Shown here: positions 34,819 to 44,906 of the stretch, piece after piece
Numbering within the stretch: the stretch's first letter is position 1
Layout of the letters: each line of letters begins with the position of its first letter
Assembly: GCA_040954595.2 (NCBI GenBank)
Contig: CM082581.2
Span: 3,464,699 to 3,528,698, forward strand
DNA from: Balanoglossus misakiensis
Lineage: Eukaryota > Animalia > Hemichordata
Direction of reading: 5' to 3'
Length of the DNA: 64,000 nt
Translations under genes and position numbers: made by a program
The notes under the pieces: model-generated
Databases searched by the model: none
Seen by the model: the letters and a program-made list of their open reading frames with translations, nothing else
Told to the model about the DNA's origin: nothing

Positions 34819-36599
34819 TTAAAATGCAAAAATATGGATTAAAATATGATTGTGTGTAGATGAGTCATTGTGGATTGAGATGAAACCTGACTGGATTGAT
34901 GTTAACCCTTTTTGCCAAGCAATACTTCCACTGTATTCATTGCCAATGTAAATGCCTTTTGTTACATCTGCCTTTGTTTGAAAATTGTCGCTTTCATTGG
35001 AAACAAAATCTTTATTGGTGTTTCACTTTGGAGTGTGTCAGTCGTTGTTTCAGACAGAGGCAGTGTGTATGACATGTTACTTTCTCCATTGGCCATCTGT
35101 GATCAAAAGTGTGTACACTCATGGGTAGATAATTCTGGAAAGACATCTGAAACAATATTTTGATTTCTGCATTGTTGGCTGGTGACTAATGACGCTACAA
35201 ATAAATGTGTATGTGCACAAACTGTTTGATAGTTTGTTTCAAATTGGTAGCTGTGTCATGGAGTCACATGACATTGACATCACTTACAGTCATTGAAGTA
35301 GACTCAGCCTCTTTCTCTTGAATCTTTAATAGCTTTTGTTCGGGAAATCTAAAAAATGAAGTATTGAATCTTCTCAAAGAAATGAAGGCATTGAGGTTGA
35401 TGTAGAGTCATAGACTAATGTAACTGGGAGACTTTTAACTGTAGTGTTTGTTTCGTAACTGCCATACTTGATGAAATTGCTACTGCCAATTATGGAAAAT
35501 ACAAAAAAACTTATTTTCTTTCATCACACTCAGGGGATAAGTTCATGAAATGAGAAACGGCATATGGCTTTTTCAGAGACCTGTTCAAACAAGAATTAAC
35601 AGTACATGTATACCACTTTCTTCTCTTTATATATGCAAATATGTCTTTCAGAAATTCATTCCTGACTTACTGTCCATGTAGTGATCGAGCGCACATACCG
35701 GTACTTGTCAAACAAGTACATGAATCATGTACTGCTCATTCTGAATAAAATTTGCTATTCTGTCAAAATGAGTTTTTGGCATTTTATTATGCAGATTCAT
35801 CAATACCAGTTATAAATTATCTACATCAAGTGTTTCAATCCTAACAGGAAATGCACACATGAAGAAATGTATCCTATAAACACACTTTCTAGCAATGAGA
35901 TTAAAATTGTGAATGTCTCATTTCCACTCAGGGTATTCTGCATTTAGATCATATGAATTTTTTAACACCTAATGGTGTTAATACCCCAAAGAGGATTTTG
36001 TTAACTTTTGGTATTCTTGGTTAGCCAGACCCCTCTGCTTCTTCCATTGGGCACTCAAGAAAGAGGGTCTGGGGAAATACTATAGAAAAATCTCTGGGCA
36101 AAGATGGCCGACTCGAGGCAAAAGCGATGCATGATGGTCGACATTTATGACATTTGATATTATAAACTGCAGAAAAACCTCCACTCTGAAATGGGAAAAA
36201 GGCCAAAAATCCATGAGGTCTACATCTTCTACAGATGCTGACATAATGATAAATTAGGTAACCCCCTGTACATGAAATTTGGAAATAAATTTTGGATATT
36301 TCAGTGTTCCTTGAATTTTTATTAAAATAGTATTAAAGCATGACAAAATGCATCTCACTGTGTTTGGCCTAAAATCTCCCAAGCTCTGATAAAATGAAAG
36401 ATCATGATGATTGAAAGTCTGAAAACGAACATGCTTTTAACTCCTTTGGTCTAAGTTTTCTCAGTTAGAAAATTTGTTATTGATACTTTTATTGCCCATT
36501 GGAGAAAAGTTTCTAAAATAAGTTTCGAAAATGACGTCATGGTTCTGCCTGATAGGATGCACATGCGCAAGTTTCTAAGTGAACGTCCTTTCAAAATGG

Positions 36600-36853
36600 T
36601 CAATTCAGATTATTTACTTGAGTTACCTGGTAAGTATTTTATTGGATGCAATAGTTGAAACCTTGCGATGAAGGCGCATATCATTGTACTCTTCACAAAG
36701 AATTTTTTTTAGGTAAAACATCAATTTTAGATTATTTACTTGAATTACCAGGTAAGTATTTTATTGGATGCATTAAAACTTGCATTGTTGAAACCTTGCA
36801 ATGAAGGCGCATATCACTGTACTCCACAAAGAAAGTTATTTTAGGTAAAACAT
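36600..36853 (+). repeat. ~122-130-bp imperfect tandem duplication containing the helicase exon end and splice donor
   Basis: GATTATTTACTTGA.TTACC.GGTAAGTATTTTATTGGATGCA...GAAGGCGCATATCA.TGTACT...TTAGGTAAAACAT occurs twice. Confidence 0.85.
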
Positions 36854-38934
36854 GAAAATTACGTGCAAAAATTGTCATTGAAAATCAGAAATATGCCTAT
36901 TTTACTTCATCATTCAGAATGGAAGGGGCAGTCAAGTAACTACCTCTTTACTAATTTAAATTGCAGTACATGTATGCAATTTCTTGTTCTATCAACAAGC
37001 GTGTTTTTAGAAGCAAAACAACAGATTCTCAGACTCACTTTCAATTCATGAAACAAAAGCAAATTTAATCTAAAAACATGATTTGTGTAAAGTGATACAT
37101 TACTCTATGTACACAAGGAAAGCTGGTTTTATTGAAGTTCACAAGTGAAAAATTTGAAGTAAAAAAATATATACAGATATTTTGAACTCTACAAATAAAA
37201 AAAAAAGGTTTTCACAGTATCTTTCTATAGTGTGAGTTCAAGACAATGTCCCTTTTTAACAAATAAAGCACATAACAAAATTACATTTCATTTTAATTTG
37301 CAATACATTTCTCATTTGGCATTTGACTCCCTCAGTGGTTTCTTTTTCTTTTTAAGGGGTTCGCCTGAACATTGTGTATACAGAGGTACCTTGATACCTC
37401 CTGTGTTTGACTTTCTTGTACGAATGGTCTGTTCAAGTATGGTACTACATGTAGTTACTACTTTCGCGTATGCTGAATATGTTGGATTGGTTGTGTTGCC
37501 ATTGTATAACCCCCTCTCTTGGCAAAAGTGATTTTCAACTATATCACTATTAAAACGACTGGGCACCAAACCCCAACCAGGATATTCAGTTGCCATTGAT
37601 TTTGAAACGTACAGAAATCCCAAAATGGACGAGGCTAGGTCTTCTCTGCATTGGGCAGACATCAACATTTTAGATTTTACTGATTTATCCTGCTGTGAAT
37701 TGATGACATCCCCCTCCCATTCTTGGAACCAGGCATGAATACCTTCTAATTTATCAAGGCGCTCATAGTCATTGGCAGTGATTGGCCTACTGTCTTTGAA
37801 AGTTTCTATTAGACATGATGTTTGTTCCAGAAGGGTGATGGCTCCATTCAGATGAAGGCCATTTGGTAGACTTGCCCTATAGCATTTCATCAAATGTAAC
37901 ATATTTGTGTCAAGCATTTCAGCAGCAAGATGATTTCTCATCTTTTCAGTTTGGTTTGGATACATATGAGTATTGGTCACCTTGTGGTGAATTGGTCTTG
38001 AATTCGTTTTCCAGTCCCATTCCACAGCTTCAACCCAACTTTTCCAGACAATGAATTGCCCCCCATACTGTAATTTTCGCTTATGATATCTCTCATCTCC
38101 ACTTGACAGAATAGCATTGCGTATTTTTTTGATAACATGCGAAATATCCTGGCAATGGGCAATCTTACGAGATGGGTCCACCAAATGGGTGCTTAAGAAT
38201 TTGACGTCAATTGGAGGGCCACTGAAGTGCATATGGGTGAATGATCTGTTTTGTTCACCTCCATCCTGGCAGATATAGTCGACTGTAAAACCCCAGTCTT
38301 GCAGTTTAGAAATTACATTCCAGATATTTATAAATATCTCTGAGGCTTTTACACCACTTGTTGGATAGTGAGCAATGGGGAAACGAAATCCTGTGTTACC
38401 CAGAAATATCAGTTGCCATGCCTCGGTGGCCAACTGCCGTGTGAATCCCTTATGTTTCATCACCGACAAATTAAATGCTTCATCACCCAAGTCTATTAAT
38501 CCTACCAGTTTCAGTCCATTCCCCTTTCTTTCAAGAACAAGCTCATCCTGAATTTTACACTCATCGTGTATAATGCTATCATGCATGCCAGGAGCTGGTA
38601 TTTGCCTCTGTGGCCGCGGCTTTATACATCCATGTAATCAGATTTCATCCCGTATGCCACTCGCCTGTGGTACACAGTGTTTGTAATGACGTAACAGTCT
38701 CGCTGAGGGCAGAATAAGCATTTTACTGTCATATAAATCCTGATAAGCTCTTGGGCTCCTGATCCACAAAGTGAGACACACTTTTATGATCTGTGGATCC
38801 CACCTTCTTGCATAGGGACTTTTACACATCAGTGCCTCATGTTGGCTTTTAAGGAGGATTTTCATTTCTGCTGATGCTGATGGATATACTTGGGAGAGCA
38901 CTTCTTCCATTTCTTTGTGGTCGTCTTCTATTAA

Positions 38935-39732
38935 GGCTGCATTCACAAACACCTCTGGAGGGGGGGGCAGGAGAATTGAGGGGGGGGATTTGAAAAAATT
39001 GAGGGTATGTGAGGGGGGGGATTTGAAATAATTTAGGGACTGAAAGGGGGGGACTTGAAAACTTTAACGACTAAATATTTATTTTGAGTCCACAAAATGC
39101 AGTTTCGCGCCCTTTATTTTACAAAATTTTCTCATGTGGGAGGGGGACACCCCCTCCCACACCCACCCCCTCCATTCATCAACACCTTTCAATCATTGAC
39201 TGGTTTATCTAGTGTCCCAGGTCAGGGGACTTGCCCCACCCCATGATAACTTTGAGCGCCGACGGTTAAATTTGTCCTCCCCAACATACCTGTAGTTGAG
39301 TTAATTTGCTTTTGCCGGGTTCATTAAAATGCAGCTTTGAGCTCTGTATTTTAGAAAATTTTCTTACGTGGGAGGGGGACACCCCCTCCCAAACCCACCC
39401 CTTTCAATTCTCGGTTTACAAAGTCTCCAAACACAGAATACAAATATATGTACTTAAAAAATAAAAACAATGTTCAGTTTTAATACCCACTGATGAGGGA
39501 AAACATCAGTTTCAAATTCTTTTCATGGGAGCGCTGTTTTTCTTTTTACAAGATAGATAGGTGATGTGTTTTGCTCTGTGAAAGACAATGGGGGGGGATT
39601 TCAAAATTTTGGCAGTTCGGAAGGGGGGGATTTGAAAATATTGGCAGTTCGGAAGGGGGGCATGTGAAAATTAGCGGTAAAAAAAATTGAATTCTCCCGC
39701 CCCCCCCTCCAGAGGTGTTTGTGAATGCAGCC
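38935..39732. mobile_element. PIF/Harbinger-like non-autonomous element (TAA TSD) inserted in the transposase ORF
   Basis: taa|GGCTGCATTCACAAACACCTCTGGAGGGGGGG ... CCCCCCCTCCAGAGGTGTTTGTGAATGCAGCC|taa. Confidence 0.92.
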
Positions 39733-41541
39733 TAAGAGCACCTTGCCATCACTCTCTTCATCTACATTATTACATGTAGCAGCCTTCCTTGGGTCTTCTC
39801 TGTTAATCCTTATAAATGCCGTTTGACATGTGTGACAAGCAGTACCAATAGAGGTCCAGTTCAGTACTTGTTGGCACCTCGAGTCTCGCAGTCGATAGTC
39901 AGCAGGGTTATCACTACAGGCAGGGCTATACATCTCTTTTATAAGTTTAGACATCCTTTCTGGTGTGGCCGCTGTCTTTGCTTTTGAAATGGACATGCCT
40001 GTACAGATGTTTATTTTGTCAACAATATTCAGTATATCCTGTACTTCTTCTTTGGTAGGTTGAAATTTATTTGAAATGAACAAGTGTTTCAAATCAATGT
40101 CAACATTACGGACTTGCAGTTTCCATTCATTCTGTAGAAATGTCACTTTTTTGAAGATCTGGTTGCCGTTGCAAACTTCACTTGACAGAACGCCAACCTG
40201 TACCACATTGCTTTCAGCTGATGGAAGGTGAAATGCATTTGCAGGAAGGAACTTTGTTATATCATCCAGTGCGCACAGCTCTTCTGTATCTTTGTTACAC
40301 TTAAACTTCAGCCCTTTGTACACTTGGTGCCGCTTTCCAGTTGTACATTCAGTGGTTTTACCATTTCTTACTGGGAACAAAGCCTGCAACACTTTCGAAA
40401 AAGTATTATGCGTAACCTTTTCAGCAGACTTGCTGGCAGCTTTCACGTAGGCATCCCATACAGCCATTTGTTTTATGCAACTTGATTCACAAACTTCAAG
40501 ATTTTGGTAACACCTACAAAGTAAAGCAGAAAATGCAAGTGAGAAATATGAGAAATATTGTTGAAATTAAATTAGAATTGTAGAAAGATGTATACTAAGC
40601 CTGATTTGTTGGCACTTATTGGTTATTTCTATGCACAATTGAAATACAAAATGCCTAACGTTAGACCTTATACAGTTAGTGGGTACAACAAAATTCCCAG
40701 TACAATACAACTAGTGGCATACAGTCACATCTTTGTCTCTTCTCTGGTTCATTTATTCATCCAGAGTAACCCTGCATTTACATAAACTAAAAATGTTTAA
40801 TGCAGTTCATAATTTGCATACCAAACATGACTGGAGCTCAGCTGAAAATAAAAGCTGCAGAGTTCCTGTTATATTGCAGTTACTTCTTTTCCAGGCTGTT
40901 TCTTTGCAAACCATATTAACTTTATTGTGTTTTTTTTTCAATTACAGGAGTGATGAAAACCTATAAAGCTGTAGACAGTGGTGATCCTAAGTACTTCAAG
41001 GATTTTAATGCACCTACAAACCTTCACTTGAAAAAAGATGCCCCTGTCATGTTGACCATGAATTTAAATGATAAACTGGTGAATGGCCTTATCGGTCACA
41101 TAATTGACTTTGTTGACCAAGGGCCTCGAGTCTTTTTTGAGGCTATACAAAAAACTATCATCATCACAACGTACACATTTTCCAAGTACAGACCAGATGT
41201 GAAAAAAGTTGTGGCTACTCGTGAACAAATTCCATTGAAGCTGGCCTTTGCCATGACGGTGCATAAATCGCAGAGTCTGTCCATTCCACGGTTACAAGTG
41301 GACTGCCGCCATATGATGTTACCAGGACAACTAGGTGTGGCGATTGGTAGGGCAACAGAGAAAAAAGGACTAAGAATCCTGAACTTTAAACAGTCTTTAC
41401 TCAAACCCCAGCCAGACAAAGTTATCGAATTTTATAATTCACCATGTGCCATGTTTAAGAGTGACATGAGCTGCTGTACTTCCCTGGCATTTGACAAGTC
41501 TGAACTTCAAGATGACGACCATGCTTTTGTAGGCAGCATGT

Positions 41542-41542
<1 letters not shown>

Positions 41543-41581
<39 letters not shown>
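41543..41581 (+). repeat. (GAT)n trinucleotide repeat encoding poly-Asp in the helicase ORF
   Basis: tatgatgatgatgat... translated in frame as YDDDDDDDDDDDDD. Confidence 0.9.
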
Positions 41582-41942
41582 CCAACAGATGATACAAGCC
41601 TTAGAGCAAGTGCTGAGTGAAATTAATGAGACATCTGTGTCAAGTGATTCAGGATGTGATGGAGGCTATGGTGTGAGGAACAGCGATCACAATACTCTGC
41701 CTGATCACAAAGCAATAGACAGAATCACCAAAGAACTGAAATACAGAGATCCAAAAACACAGGAGCAGCGAGACCTTAATGCTGCACTTGAAGAGCTTGT
41801 AGATAGCAGACACTTCAGGCCATTTTGCCATAAATTGTATTTCAAATATAATGAAATAGTGCCCAAAACACTTAACCAGACTCAGCTGCAAAACAAAAAT
41901 TTCACAGAGCTCTATAAACAGTTTGCTTTATTTATGAGCAGC

Positions 41943-42140
41943 AAGGTGGGCGGAAGTTGGTCCTGGCGCTTTTTTTCCCATGATTCAAATTACAGTAAAC
42001 GCCATATTGGAAATTCTGCCAACTTTCCCTAGATTTTGTAAAAAATCGCGCGACCTATACATGGCGAATATGTTTTTTTCTGATAGAGTGACATTAAAGC
42101 TACCAAATTATGTAGAAATCGGCTATGACGGATTTCCCCT
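41943..42140. mobile_element. Single-arm fragment of family B inside the helicase-PHD gene
   Basis: Near-identical to 13581-13768; ends CGGATTTCCCCT|ttaa. Confidence 0.9.
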
Positions 42141-43616
42141 TTAAGACTTAAGTCAGAACTGGCTTCAAATACACAATATATAGAAAACATGAATATGAAA
42201 AAGCCTGAGCTTGCCTTGCTCTGTCAGGCATATAACATTTCAAAATCAGAACAGAAGACAAAGATAAACATGATCAATGCATTAAAGACAACAATAATAA
42301 ATAGTCAACAAATGCCATATCCAGACAAGATAAAATCACCAACACAGCAAAGACAACACAGTGAACAGATAAACACTTCTTTTCATACACTGTCTGAACA
42401 GCAGCCAGGGCCAAGTGGTACTTCAAAGGTCCACAATCAAGAAGTTGCTGTACCACTACCAGATAAAGATGCAAAGACATCTTAATCTGAGCTTGACAAA
42501 GAACAGCCAGATTCAGGAAACACAGTGGCCAGAGCAGAGACTGTTAAACAGAAAAGGAAAAGTACACACAGAAACATAAAACGGCCAAAAAGACAGAAAG
42601 TTGCTAAATGGCCCTGTGGTAGATGCAGTGAAAATTGTCTTTCAGATGCAATATGTTGTGATATTTGCCAAATGTGGTACCATTTTAGCTGTGTTGATAT
42701 TACTGGAGACAGTGTGGATGATGATGAGGATTGGTTATGCCACAAATGTTTGATAAAAGATTGAACCGAATCAGAAGCAGGAAATGATAGGTCAGGTGTA
42801 GTTGAAATAATTATTACGTGTGTGTAAGGGGTGGCCGCTTCCAAATGTAATAAGACTAGGTGTCATCAAGCATCACATTACATGTAATTAACAAATGACA
42901 TGTTAAATGTTTTACCTTATTTTTATCAAATTTTTATCACTGCTGTTTTGTTTTTACAAATTTCTTCTTATTTTTATTGGTGTTGCACTAGGCACACCAT
43001 TGACATTTACATTACATAATACATATAAACAGCCCTTTCAGGAATACATGTATAATCAAAACCAAAATGCCCTCTTCAGGGCCACTACGAAGGTGGAATA
43101 AAGTGCAGGATGCGACACTCAGGGACTCTGCATGTTTTGTTCACTAGTTCAGCTATCTATCACTTACCTGCATACACCAATTTATACAGCCTGAGCCAGC
43201 ACAGTCATTTATAATTATATTATTAAAAATGAATAGAAAAATTTACTCAAAAATCACTTGATAGAAAAAGATATACACTTACCAAGAAACTGCATACACA
43301 TTTTCAGAAGCCATTGCCAATGTCGCCTCGCAGTTACAGAAAAAGATTTGCGAACGCACATGAAGATGTTACGCTGACCAGGATCTGAAATTCAAATGTT
43401 GGCGGTTGTCGCGCAATTTCTTTATGTGTCAGTGGGGTATAGGCCTAGGCCCGAACATAGCGCGAGAGAAACCACGGCCATCTTGTTCTAGCTCGCACAC
43501 AAGCTCTGCAGTGCATTATGGGTAAAAGTAATGTTTATCAACAAAGGCTAAATCGGGACGATACCCGCCGTTTAACATGTGCTTCTATGTCAAAGGGATG
43601 GGAGAAGGTGTTCAGT

Positions 43617-43749
43617 CAATCTGATTAAAATCAGATGTAGGGAACGGCGACGTGGTTTTTTTATGCTGTCGCCTCACACTAGTTTTGTGAGGCGACGACA
43701 GCATAAAAAACCACGTCGCCGTTCCCTACATCTGATTTTAATCAGATTG
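43617..43749. mobile_element. 133-bp hairpin MITE with 9-bp TSD
   Basis: gtgttcagt|CAATCTGATTAAAATCAGATGTAGGGAACGGCGACGTGG ... CCACGTCGCCGTTCCCTACATCTGATTTTAATCAGATTG|gtgttcagt. Confidence 0.88.
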
Positions 43750-43831
43750 GTGTTCAGTATACATAGGTTTCCATATTAGACCAGGTTTGGTTGTTACCGA
43801 TTGTAGATCCTTAACCTCTCTTCAGTATCAT

Positions 43832-44215
43832 CAGTGTACGAAATAAAGCCTGTCCGACAGTCCGAGACTGGTTGTTTTTCAGGACTGGTAAAAATAAAAT
43901 GTTACCAGTCCGACAGACAGGTTGATTTTAACGTGGGAGTTGACCAGTGGTATCATGGTATCTTTTAGACTTTCCCCAGTTCATGTATTGCAAATAAAAG
44001 AAACAATGATCTAAGTAATGTAAAGAGAAACTGAAAGATGATTCCATCCCATCTTCAATTGTTCAAAGATGAGGTAATACCTTCTCAGTTGTATTTGATT
44101 ACATTTAATTGTAAGGTATAATATCAGGACTGGTAAGTTTTTGGCAGGACTGGCAACTTTTTGAAGTTGCCAGTCCTGGTGACTGGTTGATATTTCCTAC
44201 GAATTTCGAACACTG
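43832..44215. mobile_element. ~384-bp TIR element with CA...TG ends and 7-bp TSD
   Basis: gtatcat|CAGTGTACGAAAT ... ATTTCGAACACTG|gtatcat; near-identical inverted copy at 62455-62836. Confidence 0.9.
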
Positions 44216-44829
44216 GTATCATACCCCATTACGTCTCAATCAGTGACACTGGCATAGCTAGAGCTTTGTTTCAGAATACAGTACTTTATTTTCCGTGAAA
44301 ATGATAGCGACATACAATCAAATTAAAGTTTGGCTGATACAAACTTTACACTTCACATAACTTGACAGCAGTATTAAAACAAGTGTGAAACATTTTTGTC
44401 AATGTCTGTTCTATCTCAATCTCATTTTGAGAACATGAAAAAAATCTAACATTAACACGAACAGAATAAATACCTTTTTTTTCAATGTCTCTATCCACAG
44501 AGGTTCCAATGTTCAATCCTATCAGACAGTCATCAAGTGCTAAATCTAGTTTAATATTCAAAAGTAGGATTATGTATACAGTATAGTAAAACAAAACAAA
44601 AACAATATGATTATTCACAACTACCCTGAATAAAAACATACAACTCACAAAGTATGTTACTGCAACCAAAATACTTTCTTTATACACTCTCCACATCATC
44701 CCTGTAGTTATTCGTTCTGGTTGATGACACAATTTTTTTTATATGTTTGTAACGCTTTGATTACTACAGTCTGTCCTCATTATATTTATATCAATAAATA
44801 TGCTTTTTTTGACTCGTCTAAGATTCCTG

Positions 44830-44906
44830 TAGTCCTGTTCCCAGCCCCATTCCTAACGCTGGCTGCACTACACCCAGCCATGGGAATGGGTCAGGGAACC
44901 AGACTA
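44830..44906. mobile_element. Short TAG...CTA hairpin element
   Basis: TAGTCCTGTTCCCAGCCCCATTCC ... GGAATGGGTCAGGGAACCAGACTA; AGATTCCTG repeated on both flanks (imperfect TSD). Confidence 0.55.

Larger units (their letters stand above)
36597..42764 (+). pseudogene. Pif1-family (SF1B) helicase C-terminal half fused to acidic tract, helical domain and PHD finger (5'-truncated, disrupted)
   Basis: Exon remnant MVNSDYLLELP-G|gtaagt (ends 36629; duplicate ends 36751) joins in phase to the acceptor at 40948: GVMKTYKAVDSGD...LHLKKDAPVMLTMNL..LVNGLIG...QIPLKLAFAMTVHKSQ...PGQLGVAIGRA. Then poly-Asp, a family B fragment (41943-42140), KKPELALLCQAYNI..., an in-frame TAA at 42483-42485, and PHD C4HC3 (CGRC..CCDIC..WYHFSCV..WLCHKC) ending 42764. 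Walker A/B not found in the window. Confidence 0.82.
37312..43314 (-). pseudogene. P-element/THAP9-family DDE transposase with RFX-like winged-helix N-terminus (disrupted)
   Basis: Exon 1 43314-43283 (MASENVYAVS-TG|gtaagt) joins in phase to the acceptor at 40513. Removing MITE 38935-39732 plus one TAA fuses DGKVL-L-IEDDH in frame, giving ~810 codons with one internal TGA at 38640-38638. Motifs: SPRAYQDL...LILPS, IIHDECKIQDEL (D), ICQDGG (D), QDISHVIKKIRN (DxxH), KMRNHLA, FNSDIVENHFCQER (E), basic C-terminus PLKKKKKP. Confidence 0.88.
36012..43571. mobile_element. Decayed DNA transposon encoding a P/THAP9-type transposase and a Pif1-helicase-PHD protein; boundaries uncertain
   Basis: Two TE-type genes between OAT and C2orf42, both disrupted by MITE insertions and stops. 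A solo TIR-like end lies at 36012-36090 and a candidate right end is CCCGCCGT|ttaa at 43571, but the two do not match each other. Confidence 0.75.

Noticed and set aside
37312-38586. Domesticated functional THAP9 gene
   Set aside because: The upstream coding region has a stop, probable frameshifts and a MITE insertion, and no THAP domain is present.
40950-42032. Helitron RepHel, or the host PIF1 gene
   Set aside because: No HUH Rep motifs or Helitron 3' hairpin/CTRR end were seen. The ORF carries a PHD, is disrupted and is interleaved with a DDE transposase. A Helitron origin cannot be fully excluded because the 5' half is missing.
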